DNA of 64,000 bases from Candidatus Omnitrophota bacterium. Its GTDB lineage: Bacteria; Omnitrophota; Gorgyraeia; Zapsychrales; Fredricksoniimonadaceae. The notes under the pieces were generated by a model, which saw only the letters and a list, made by a program, of their open reading frames with translations, was not told the origin of the DNA and did not search any database. Positions within the stretch are counted from its first letter, which is position 1; each line of letters begins with the position of its first letter. Made by a program: the position numbers and the translations under genes. The stretch is taken from the NCBI GenBank assembly GCA_015232565.1, contig JADFZK010000003.1, positions 64,540-128,539 on the forward strand, in the 5' to 3' direction. Of this stretch, positions 1-13,200 are shown in pieces.

Positions 1-3000
1 GCAAATATGCCGGACAGGATGCCCAGCAAACGGCCCGCAACACTATCCGGCATTTCCTGCCAGCCCCGGGTAATGGTCCGCAAGGCGGCCCGCGGATTCA
101 GGAAACTGCGGTCGAAATACTGCAAGGTGCCTTCGACCGTAGCCGCAAAATAGATCCAGATCGACCGGAAAATTCCCGCATTCGGATACTGCCGGAAATA
201 CTTGGCCTTCTGGTTCTTGATCTTGTCGACCAACAGCGCCAGAGTGATCGACTGGTTAAACACGATCGAGACCCCAATGAATAACCCCGCCCACATCAAC
301 GACTGGTACGGCATACTGCTGGAAAAGAGCATGATCGGCAAAAGCGCCAGATTGACCGCGGCCGACAAATGCTTGGCATAGAACTGCTCTTTTACCAGGC
401 GCTCCCGCTTGGCGTACCACGGGACCGTGGGGTTGATCGGGAAATCATCCAGGATATCGGATCTCCAGCGCTCCACATTGCCCCAGCGCGTCCAGGCATT
501 CTGGGCCTGGGCCAAATTACGTTCAAAACTCTCCTTAAGATCAACATAAGGCGCATATTTGGTAACTCCGCCGCCCAGGATAATACGGGCCTGAGTCATG
601 CCCAAAGCCGACATAATATCCTCGGAAGCGAAATCCTGGGCAAATTCGTAACCACCGGAACGCAAATATTTTTCGATCATCCGATTGCCCCGGCCGATCT
701 CCCGGGCGGCAGTGGAGATCTCCAGAAGCGGCATATAATCGTTCTTGAACCCGTACATGGAAGAACAAATACTGTGCCCGTAATGGCCGGAGAACCCTTC
801 ATTGAACAAACGTACCCGGTCCCAGGCATTATGCGCCTCGCCGGCCGCGTACATAAGCGGGGTATCCACCAGCTCCAGCACGCAGTGGGCCGGCTGTACA
901 ATGTCTACCAGAGGATTAATGAACTCCGCGATCATATACGGATACCGGGCCGCCGCAGTACGCGAAATATAGCTGTCGCAATCGTAGGACATCACCACAT
1001 GGCCTTCTTCGAAGAAAATACGGCTCGTCCAGTTGCCGGCCTTGGCGCGCGTACCGGCGGTACGGTTGGTTTCGTGATAACGGATAATATCCTTGAGGAA
1101 AAGCTGTTTGCCATTGTTGGGATATCTTTTCCAGTCCGGATGATTGGCCGGCTTCTCAAAACCCTGGGGATACGAATCGCGGTCAAAACCATGCAAATTC
1201 TGTAAACGGGACCGCACCAGGTAATGGATCTCATCCTTGTTGTGTTCGCGATCCAGCATATATTCCATCTCGGCATATGGCGTATAACCATGGGTATAGA
1301 GGTTATTCATACCCGAGGTCAGGCCGATCAAAGTCTGCAGATGCTGATTGGCCCAGTCCACAATAATGGTCCGGAACAGCGGTTGGGATTCACCAATCTG
1401 AACCATGTCAGAATGCAATTCTGCTCCGTTAAGAAGCCGGATCAATTGCGGGCGCATAACCTCGGCCACTTTATCCAGGACCGTAACGAACTCCGGATTC
1501 TCCAGGACCTCGTTGATAACCGACTCATCCCCTTCAGGAAAAAGCTCCGGCGCCAACTGGTTACGCAGAGCCAGTTTCACCGCCGCGGGGTCGGCCACCA
1601 CACCCTTCATTGCCTTGGCGATCGCTTCTCTGGCCCGGGTTTCGGAAGGCTGCCACACCCCCATCAAATACGCCGCGGCCATAACCCGGCCAAACCCGGT
1701 GGGATTGATCAGGATCGCCCAGTTCAGGATCGATTTGCGCTGGTGCGGCGCCGCCCCCTCGAACTCCGCAGCATAGAACATCTGTTTACTGCCGCCGTTC
1801 CGGTAAGCGTTACGAAAGTTCCGCGGGCCGTCAAAGAAGTTGTCATAGGATTCATAGATCTCTTGCCAGGTATACTTGATCTGCTCATCCGGCAGAGAAA
1901 AGAACACATTGGTCGAGATCGGGATACGGAGGAAACTGTGGCGTTTCGGCTTTTCCACAGTACCTCTCGGGCGCGAATAGACTATCAAGCTCTCCAGGAT
2001 CTCCATGATCGAATAATTTACAAACAGGGTACAGTTAAGCACGAACATGGTAGAGGTTAACAGCATCAACGCCGATCCGCCCACCAAAAGCCCCTTGACC
2101 GCGCAAAACGCCAGGAGCGGAGCGACGAACAACATCAACCAGCCTTTAGGACTCTTGGTAACATCCTTAATGCGCAGTTTAAGCACCAGGGACACCAGCG
2201 CCGCCCCGATCGCCAGGAAATTGCCTGCCGTCGGCAGGTAACTGCTGGCGCAACCGCTCAAGACCCAAAAGACCGCCAGATAAATAAAGGTAGCGGTGGG
2301 CGTACCTTTCTTGAAATACTGCCAATGCGCGGCCATCTTGGCCTTTACGCCGGGAGATCTGTTGGTATTAAGGCTCCGGTAAAACCTGCCCCCGGCCACC
2401 GACAGCAAGACCAGCGCGACCAGGAAAAGCAATATAGGCGCCGTTTGCAGGAGCGGGATACTGGCAAAACAACCCTCCGCCAAAACCCGCGGCAGAAGAT
2501 TCATAAAGAACGGCGCGATCCCCGCGAAGATATAAAGGTTGGCCACCACCGAGAAAACATCGTTAAGGATAAACCACAATTTGGTGCGCCAAATGCCTTC
2601 ACTGCGCGGATCAATACCCGGCCGGCAGAAATTGAACATATCGCCGGCGAATCTATAGGCCGCCTTACCCAGGGCCGGCAGCCAGACCATATTCTTTTCG
2701 CGATCACTCTCGGCACGAGCCGGCGCATCATTGCGCGCCCGGGTCTCGCGCACCAGCTGTAAAACCTTGATAACGTACTGCGACAAAGGCACAAAGATCA
2801 TTATCGCCAGGCCAAACATCCAGAGCTCCGGCCCGCTGTTATGCGCCATGTTCAACAGCGGGCTCACCAGGGGCGAAGCGTCATGGATCATTTGCGCCTG
2901 CTGGGCGACGGTCAATGGCAAAAGCACCGCTTTCGAGATCAGGATCGCGGCCGTGAACAAACCGCCATAAAGAGTGGAATAGTACGACAGGTACAAAGAC

Positions 3001-4240
3001 CAGAGATTATAAAAATAATTCGGCTTGCGGGCCACCTTCTGATAGGCGGTCTCAAAGAAATAACTTACTTCCTTATCGAAATACGTCAGGCCGTCGCGAT
3101 CTCCCGGCACAACGTCGAGGCGCGCCTCCACATTATATTGCACATTTTTTGCCGGGGTGTGGTCCTTGGCGCTATCCATATACCAGACTTTCTCCAGGAA
3201 AAAATCCATCAGCCGTTCCATGGCGAACACATGCTTGATCCGGTTCTCGCTGTCGGTCATTATCCGGTGGAACGAGATTATGGCTTCGTCGGAAAGCTTG
3301 GTGAAATCCAGCCCGGCGAATTCTTTATGGGCCACATTGTCGCCGGTGACCAGGTAGATATACCAGGGATTCTCCTTGGCACCGCGCGCGGCATGGATAC
3401 TAGCCAGGATCGTGTTAATATCCGCGGTCATAAACATATGAACCTGTTGCGAACCTTGTTTGGCGATCTTCTCGACCTTATCCGCCCCCTTCAGAGCCTC
3501 CTTATAGAAGAACAGGAAGAAATCCAGGACTTCGCGCCACTTGACGCTGTATTCAATAACTTCTTTCAGGGAACGTTTTGTGCCGTCTACGGTCTTAACA
3601 TCGCCCGCAAGGTGCCGGGCCAGGAAGTGCACAAAACCCGGAGCCAGGTCCATCAGGCCAAGATATCTTTCCAGCACAATGAAATGAGTAAGATAACGAT
3701 AATTCTTGATGATCAGGGATTCACTTTTCAGAGTAAGGTCCGCGCCGCGCGTATTAAACGCTAACCCAAAGATCAAGGCCCCGCCCGCCACTACCACCCA
3801 TTCGATCAGCGTAACCGGCCAGGTGAAAGTAACCGCCACGTACACGCCCAGCATGCCGATCACGCCGACCAGGGATTTGAAGACCAGGGTCAGTAACATG
3901 CGAATTGACCAGGACAGGCGCATGGAATTAATCACCTTAACCAGCCCGAACGCATCAAGATGTTTACCGATATTGGTCTTTCTCTGGATCGCGTGCAGGG
4001 CCCAGGTTAACGGGGCGGCGATCATGTACAGCACCCCCCCGACCACGGCCCCCACGACCACGACCGCCAGGAGCTTTGACAGGCCCGGCAGGCCCATAGC
4101 AACCAGGGTCAGCGCCTTAAACCATCCCATGACCACCGGCAGATTAACCAGCCAGATCGCACCCCGAACTATTAAACCCAACACCGCCCATATGCCGAAG
4201 TACCCGGCCACAGCCGCCCAGCGTTTCCAGCCCCTCACGA
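1..4240 (-). other. C-terminal polytopic membrane module of the giant protein, containing a DCD (DxD-like) motif at 966-990
   Basis: There are many 20-25 residue hydrophobic segments (…[21 protein letters not shown]…, …[25 protein letters not shown]…, …[16 protein letters not shown]…, …[29 protein letters not shown]…). The soluble insert …[11 protein letters not shown]… is followed later by …NAWTRWGN…. Confidence 0.4.
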
Positions 4241-7200
4241 AACTCACCCGCTCGTCCGCGTTACGCTTATTAATTCCTTCGCGGTCGAAGAACATCTTCC
4301 ACATGCGATCCTTCATCTTCTTGGTATAAGGCTCAAAAACCACGGTAAAGAATGTTTTATGTTTGCTAACCAGCTCATGCTCTTTCCCCTTATAAGCTTC
4401 CAGAGCACTCTGAACCCCGGCCAGAATAGCCTTTACATCCAGAGTCTTAAGCGTTGCTTCAACTTCTTCACAAGGCGTCTTTGCCAGGCTCAACGACATT
4501 CCCGCCATCGCCATCAGATCGTCAAAAGCGGCAATACGAACCCGCAATTTCTCTTCCTCAATGTCACGGCAGACTTTATCATCAATTTCTTTAGGCAACC
4601 CGCGCTCCAGGCCCACAATGTCGTTAACCAAAGACATGACAGTTAAACCGTCCTTGCGCACCAGATCTCCCTGTTGTATTACCTTTTCCTTAGGGCTTAA
4701 GGTGGCGTCATTCTTGATAGCCTCAAGATTAGCCAGAGTATCCATATTAAAACGCAGTTCCTGACGAACCATCTCGGGCAGGATCTCGGGCCGCGCGATC
4801 AAACGGTGGGCGTAATTTCTCAGGAGATCAGCCGTGGCATCCACTATATGGAACAATACCAGTTCGGCGCGATTATTTCTACCAACCGCAGCCAGATCAA
4901 GGGGGTCACTCTTGCCATCCAGTTTCTCAGCCTTTGCAATAGCAAATAATTCCTGGACCGTCCATTGCTCTCCACCTTTCTTCTCTTGAGCCAGGGCCAC
5001 GGCCCGGATCAGATCGAATATCGTCGACAACAAAAGGCCCGCATTTACCCGCCCTTCATCCACATCCTTGCCCTGGGCCTTTTTAAACTCTTTTCTGGCC
5101 GTCCTCAGGCGCCGTTGTTTATCCCCATAGGAATAACCGTTCTCCCGCTCCAATGCCTTCTGATCATTAACCTGACTGACCAATCTTGCCATCATCTTAT
5201 TCAACACTTCTATAATGCTTTCTTCGGTGATAAGTTCTATAATGACTGCACTCCGAAGAACATTCTGCAATTCGTCTAAAGCCGTGGCCAAATCTACCGG
5301 AGCCGGAGCCGCGGGAGTCGCGATCTCGCCCTTTTCATTGTATGTAATCATCTGAGCCACAAAGCTTGCCAAATCCATAGCCTCTACACACACCAGCGCT
5401 GTCTTACAATATTCTGGCTTGGAAGATTGCCATTCATGCTCTATCACTTCTTTGGCCTGTTCTGCATACTCTTTCCGGTTGGCCTGATAAGCCTGCTGCT
5501 TTTCTTTCTCCGAGGCTATCGCCTCCTTAGTGGCCCGGGCCGCTTTCCAGCCCGTAATCCGACGCAAAGCCACCATACCGCTCAACAACAGCCCCAGGCC
5601 CCAGGCATATTCTCTCCAGCTATCCTGCAAATGCTTCCTTACATCCAACAGCCACAAGTCGCTCTTGAGGCGCACCACAAAATTAGGCTTAACCACCACA
5701 TGCTCCACAATATTCGAATACTGCGCCACGGCCACATAAGGCACCGCTTTAAGCCCCGTCTGACGTTCCGCCAGGGACACACTCTTGATCTGCGCCAGGA
5801 CCGTATTGGTGGCGCCGTCGGAATAGTCGGACTGCCGGCCCTCCAGGAACCACAAATAATACAAGGTGGACTCCAGATTATTCGGCCCGGTATGATCGCC
5901 GTAAGAAACATTGTTGTAATCCTGGCCGGAGTGGTTAGCCAGCGGCAAGCCTACGCTCGTCCTGCCGTCCAGCCCGGGCACTGTGGATTCCTCGAGCAAT
6001 TTACCTAAAGTGCGGCGCACGGCCTGGTCCTGCGGATGCGTCGACCCGGCCAGCAACTGGCCCGCGAGCGCGGAATTAACATAAGAAACCAGGTAGCTAT
6101 GATTGGTAAGCCCGGCATTAACCGGAACATTCACCAGATTGGTTTCCGCCAGCCGGTTGGTCCCCGCGATACCAAAACCAACACCGGTCAGGGATCTGGA
6201 ATTTACAAACCGGCTCACTGCATCATCGACCGCGCCATCCGCCAGGACTTTGGTGAACCTCAGCACAGTCGCTGGCAACATGTTCTTTTTATATACTTGC
6301 CCCAGCGCCTGGCGGGCTTCCTTATTACCCAGCACCTGGCTGGCTACCAACTGCAGGCGCACACCAAAACTGTCATCCGCGCGGCCGCTGTCAAACAACC
6401 CGGCCTGGTAATAACGACTGCCTTCGTTATATTGCTTCTGCACAAAACCCAGTATCCGGGTAGCCGCCTGGCGAATTTCGGTGCTGGCGGCAAAATCGCC
6501 CAGGAAGCGGGCATAACGCATCAAAGCCGGATAAGCCAGCACATTGTCCAGCGTGTCTTTACCGCCATGGAACGTGGGCGTGAGCGCATGCCTGGCCGCC
6601 AGGTCGCCGTGCTTGAACAATCCACCGTCCACCTGGTCCTGTAACGACAACAGGCGCTTGGCCAGTTGGCCTGCCAGTGCGCTGAACGCCGGGCGATCGG
6701 CCGCCAATTCCTTGATATCCGCAGTTTCCTGAAGATACTTTACCAGCACCCGCAGGAGCTCCGCGTTATCCGCCACATACACCTCGTCGCCGCCCACAGT
6801 GCCCGGCAAACCCCAGTACATTGACGAGAAGCCCGTAAACTTGTCTCTCCCCGCCATCTGCATTTCATACTGGCGGATATATTCCTTAAGGATCGAAAGC
6901 ACATCTTCCGCGGTTCTTGCGCGGTCCACCGTGCCGTCGGTCTTGCGCAGGTCGTACAAGGCATTCTCGATGAAAAGAGCATTAACACGGCTATAGCTCT
7001 GCAAGGTGCCTTCCTGGGTCGCAGGCAATGTAGTACCGCGCGCGATATTGTTCTCGCCGGCCAGTCCCGCATTGCAGGCCGCGCCGGTATAACGCACGCT
7101 CGCCGCCACCGCCGCCCGGAGCAATTTGATCCGCTGGGCGTCATCCAGGACCGCCTCACCGCGCCAGGAGCGGTAATTGCTCCAGGACATATCCAAAGAT

Positions 7201-10200
7201 ACCCCCAGCGCCAGGTCCGCGGACATCCCCCGCGCCAGTTCCTGGAACTTCAATTCCATCTTGATGAACGCCTGCTGACGCCCAAGGTTCTCGCGCAAAC
7301 GCCGCTCACGGGCCGCGATCTCGCCCCTCTGCGCCGCAAAGCCGGCCAGGGAGGAAGGCACCGCCCTCTGCGGCCCAGCGGCGACAACTTGCAAATTCAA
7401 AGCCCGCATTTCCCGCTCGATCTCACGCAGTTGCGCAACCTGCGGCGTAAAGGCACTGCCCCAGGGCGCGGCAAACATTTGCGTCAGTTCATTCTCCCGG
7501 GTCTTTAACTGCCGGAATAAATTTTCGACCACAGAACGACCGTCCACCAGCTGGCGTTCCAGGAAACGCCTGTCATTCTCATCCAGCAAAAGGAGTTTCT
7601 CCGTTTCCATAGTGGCGATCTGATGGCCGGAAAGACCTTCCAGCACTTTGGAAATAAAGCCGGTTTTCCACCCCAACTCCTCGGCGGCGTTCTTGTAAAG
7701 GGCAAACCGGAAAGCGGCATCGCCGGCAGATTCATAATATCCACCGACCGCCCGTTTCAGGCCGGCCACCCGTTCCCGCTCCGCGGGCGTACCGTAAGCG
7801 TCGGCATATTGTTGTAAGGTGTCCAGGACCCGTTTTAAACGCTCCTGTAATGGATCCAGCCGTTTGGTTAACTGCTGGTCGGCCTGGCCCAGGCTTTGAA
7901 TAAAGCGCCGGTCGGTATCGATCGCCTTCCGGATGGCCTCGTTACGCAGGTAAACAATGTAATACCCCAGGGGATTCTGGTTCTCGGGCACGATGGCGGG
8001 ATAATACGGGGCCAGTTTGGACTTCACACCCATAAAAGCCTGCGAACCAATGGCAAAGAAGTTGGCGTCACTCTCCGCCAGCATTTGCTGTACGACCCTC
8101 CGGGACAACTCGTAAAGCTCCAGCTGATGCGTCAAAAGGCGGATCGTATTATTTGCGCCTTCAGCGTAAAGCCAGGCCATTTCCCGATCCCGGTTCAATT
8201 CCGCCAGTTTCTTTTTCTCTATAGCCAGTTGCTGGCGCAACGCCTCGGTCTCTTGCTCGAGAGTATACTGTTTCTGCAACTGCTCGCTGTAAACCAGCAC
8301 GATGTTCCCAAAACCGCTTTGCGCCTCGAAGGGGTCCATCCAGAGCGTAATCGCCGGAGCAATATATTTGCCCAGGATATAGCTCGAGGATGAAGTCAAT
8401 TCCGGCTGACGCGAAAGCGGGCTGAACACATGGAAGGAATCCGGCACCAAAGACCGGGAGACAAACTCCACACTGGCCGGCCGGCCGTTAAGCATCCGCG
8501 AAGTATCAAACCAGCTGTAAACACCTTCGGTAACTTCCAGCCGCTTGATCGTAGCGCGCGGCAAACTTTCCAGATCGGTGATCGGAATGAACAAACGCCC
8601 GGCAGCCCGGTCCGGATACGTGATCCGGGCCAGCACCCGGCGCATACCGGACTCTTCCAGCCGCCGGGCTTCTTCTTTATTGTTTGCCACGATCAGTTCG
8701 TTATTCAACGGATTCAAGAACAACCGGCCGTCGAAAAACGCCTTTTCACGGTCAATAATAGCCCTGGGCACTCCCACTACCAGGTTAAGATTATCCCGGC
8801 TAACCAGGTCCCAAATAGCATTGGTACCCTGGCTGTACACTAAAACATCAGGTATTTTCTTGGCTACCTGGGCCTCGGTCCAATAATTCACCGACCGGTT
8901 CGACATCGGCACGGCAAAATACTGGCTCAAGAAATTCGTATTCGTCCGCACACTAACCACCGGGGCCGCCAACGGCAAAGCGCCGGGCCGCACCGCTCCA
9001 CGCGCCAGAAGTTCCGCAGGCACCGGGACCGCAGGCAAAGCGGAAACATTATCCTTGTTCCATAAAGCCTTGAGCGCTTCATACGCCGGCTTGAAAGAGC
9101 CGTCGGCCCGGCGGATACCCCAGTGTTTCTCGGGGTGACTGGCCGGAGCCCCAACGCCGCCCTTGAACAAGTTGTCCTTGTCGGACATGGCAAAGAAGCT
9201 CAGTCCCATCTTCCCGGCCATCTGGTAATCATTAACCAAAATCCGCGCCTGCACCGCTTCACCGTGGACAGAAGATACGCCCGCCTCGGAGATCACGAAC
9301 GGCCGGATCATCCCGGACTGCGCATAAGCATCTTTAATATCAGTAACCAGCTGTTCATTATGCCGGTACCAGTTCAAGCCCACTATGTCCACTCCGGTCG
9401 AAAGCGCCCCCACCAGGTCCTTAACGCCCCTTTCCTCCTTGCGGTCGCCCATGGTAGTGGCCACCAGCTGATCCGCACCGATCTCCCGGTGGATCCGCGC
9501 CGTATGCCAGGCTATAGTCGCGAACATTTCATTAAAGACCGCCGGAGACGGCTTTTTATTGACCCAGAGCGGATAACTGAAATCCATATTGGGTTCGTTC
9601 ATAACTTCAAATACCATCACCATACGATTCCCCACCGCCGCCCTGACTGCACGAATATAATCGATGTAATTACCCTTCTCCAATGAAATACGCTGACTCT
9701 CCTCCGGAACTGCCTTGCCCCAGTAGGCCTGCAAATTCTGCGCGCTATACGCCTGGCTATTCATGGGCAGGCTGATCCAGGCCACCTTGATGCCATGATC
9801 GGCCATTTTAACCAGCAAATTCGTCGTTATCGGGTAATACGAGCGTACGGCATCGCCCTGATGAAATTGAATATCGCGTTCGGAATAATTATTGGCATCG
9901 ATAGTTAACCCCCGGAAAGGCTGGCCATTTACCACCAGTGTGGACACCTGGGCGCCGCTCACCGTAGCCGCCACGCCCTTCATCATCGCCGCCGGGGCGG
10001 AAGCGACGGGGGTGGCCAGCGGCGTTGCCGTCGGCGCGGCCAAAACCGCCGGAGCCTGCGCCCGTACCGCCTGCTCCACAACATCATGTTCCACCCGGAC
10101 GGAAACAGGCTTAACCAGTGACGGCAAGGCAATGCCGGCATCGGTAGTATCTATAGCAGCGCCGCCAGCGGCCGGAGGCGTAACCGTATCCAACGAAGCC

Positions 10201-13200
10201 GAGGGGGTTGCCGAAGGAGTGGCGGTAGGCGCCGGCGCCTGAGGAGCCGACGGAGCGCCCGCCTTTTTATCTATAACCTTAATTGTCAACGGCATATAAG
10301 TCTTGCCATTCTTCTCGATCGTCGGCACCTGCTCCTTGCTAAATTCCATCTCATAAATGCCGTTATTATCATAGTAATATGGCCAGCCATCCCCGGTTTC
10401 GATCTGCAGGTCATACAGATACCCCTGGTCAGCCTGCTCTTTTAAATACGCCTCATCCTGGATCCCAAATTGCGGGTTAGCCTGGTCGGCGATAATAAGC
10501 GAAAGGTAAGAGTCATCGGCATTCTTCACCAGGACTTCATATGTTCCCGTATACTGGTACGCCGCACGCATTGCCCGCAACTGTACCCGGCGGGCTTCCA
10601 GCGCCCCTCTGCCCGACTCAAAGATCTCAACTTCATTACCCACCAAACGCGCCATCACTTCACCGGAATACGACTTGCCTTTCAGCTTGAACATATCGCT
10701 GTCGCCAATGCGCCGGGCTTCCTTCATATAGCGCACGTTCTTGAAACCCGCGGGCATGGAATCCACCGCCACCGGCAAGGCCGTACCCAGCACGGTGGAA
10801 CCAAAACCGCCGATCCGGTAACGTTCCCGGGCATTTTGCGCAATAGCTTCCTGCAAATCCCGGGCCCACATATCATAGGTCTTGACCGACGGCTCAAAGA
10901 TACCGATAACTTCCTTGCCATCCGCGGAAAGCACAAACAAGGTGTCCTGCATCACTTCTTCACCATCCGCAAAAGCCTGCGCGAACTCGGAACGGGCCCG
11001 GGCCTGCAGATCCTTGGACAACCAGCGGTACGGCTGCATTTCCCGCTTGATCGCGGACTGGTCTTTTATCACCCAAGGCTTGTGATTGCTCTTGTCGGAG
11101 AAGAACACCAGTCCCAGCTCGTTAACGCCTTGGACTACGATCTGTTTCAACACCCCGGAGGACACCGCGACCACCAGCCCATTGCGGACCTCATTATTCT
11201 CTCCGTGCGGCGCAAAGATATAATCGCGCAACACCGACGGCATTTCTACAGTGCCCAGCGTTTCAAAGTCGAACTTCCGGAAAGCCTCGCTCACCGTGCG
11301 GCCCGCGCCCAGTTCGGCGGCGAAAATACGCCACTGATCCAGGAAATAATCGGTCAGCACAGAGCCTTCGTACGTGGGGCTCTTGGGCGCATAACCCTTC
11401 TCGCCCCGCTCTATAAGGCTCCGGTTGAACCGTTTAAGGTCATCGGTATAAAGCTCGTCGATCTGCGCGATCTTCCGTCTATCTGCCGTAGTAAACTTGA
11501 GGAACGCATATTTCCGGTGCAACTCGCGGTCAACCAGCACTTTTTCGTTGATAAAATCAACCCCCTTCTCATCGCTCCAGACATCGTCCGGAACAACCAC
11601 GCCCCGCTTCTGTAAGGCCGTCAACAAGTCATGCACTTTCAGCTGGCCCATAAACTCGCCCTTATAGAACCAGGAAGACCCAAACCTCGGCGCCACCGGC
11701 TCCGCCTGGCTAATGCTCATCTTGCACAATTCCGGCAGGCTGGTGGGAGAATCAGCATAAGAGAAGCCCATTATCGCCCCGGTAACGCCATTGCGATACG
11801 CCTTCATTATTAACCGTCCGTCGGCGGCACGGCCATTAAGGAAGATCTGCTCGTCCAGAAGCTCACTCATCGAGCGGATCGGTTCAACTATCCTGGACAA
11901 TGTATTATTCTCTTTCACGCCTTGAGCCAGGAACTCCATGGCCACAAAAGAATAAGTCCGGTACATAATTTGCGTGACCGCCTCATTATTCTTGTCCGCG
12001 TGCAGGCGATATCCGGTAATAGTAGCCCTCTGGAAAAGCTTGGTGCCCGGCGGAACCGGACCCCTGACGAGTTTAAATCCGTTATAATGACCCTTCTGAT
12101 CATTCATGCTGGCGGTATAAAGCTCGCTATCCAGGAAATCCTCATAAACCCGGAAATAGGCCGCATTCAGGTCTTTATTCTCGTAAGCCGCCAGATTAAA
12201 GAACTGTTCCTTAAAGCCCGGGCTCACTATCCGGCCCATGCTCTCAAAAGGCGCCTTGGCTTTCATATTGCCAACGTATTGCAGGATCGGTTTGATATTG
12301 ATATGCAAACCCATAAGATTTGCAGCTGCAGTTACCCCGCGATTAACCAGTGAGGGCACGCTCTCCACCAGCTCCATTAAGCCCACCCGCAAGACATAAT
12401 CGTTATCTTTATTATTACCCCGGTCAAAACCTTCCTTACGGGTAACATGAATAGCGATCGTATCCAATACGGCTTTCAACAAACCCTTTTCGGTGTTATA
12501 AACCGCGCTCTGGCCGCGATTGTTATGCGTTAAGGCATAATCGTAAATTTTCAACAAATAATCGAGCGCCACCACCGGTGCCATAACCACGCCCGGCCCT
12601 TTATAAGGAATGCCGTTCTCAGCCAGGCCGCGGATAATAATGTAAGCTTCAACCTCCGGCTGGTTAGGATAATGAAACTGGAAGGCCCAGGTAGACGACT
12701 GGGTGCCATGCAAACTGAAAGGCATAAAGTTATTCTGGGTTACAAAGGTAACATGGTACGGCTGAGTTCCACCAACTGTCAAAATCTCAATACTGAAAAT
12801 CCTTCCACTCTCAATACCATCCCTAAGGAACTTATGGCCTTTAATGAGTTCTTCCAGGTCGGGAAGATCGGCTTTCGCCTTGACCGCTTTCTCCACCGCC
12901 AGCTGGCGAGCAACCGGCTGTTCGTTCTGTTGCTTCCATAACTCTGCACCTTTTAACTGCAGTTTGGCGTCGATTGTCTGCACGGTATCAATAGCGAGCT
13001 CAACATTATCGGATTGATTCGCCAAAGCCTTCTGAATGTCTTTATCCGGCCGCGGACACAACACTTTTGCCACCGCCAGGTTAAAAGGACCCCGGTTAGT
13101 GCTTCCCTTAAGATCGTCATACTTAATGGCATAACTGCCGGGGGTGCTATCTCCCAGTATGTGCATCTTCAGATCAATGGTTGCTCTCTTATATACCAGA

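Noticed and set aside
966-990. Confident GT2 glycosyltransferase call for the C-terminal module
   Set aside because: Only a DCD motif and an off-by-one QxxRW-like element are present, with no clear DDG or first-Asp motif. I kept it as a speculative finding, not a feature call.
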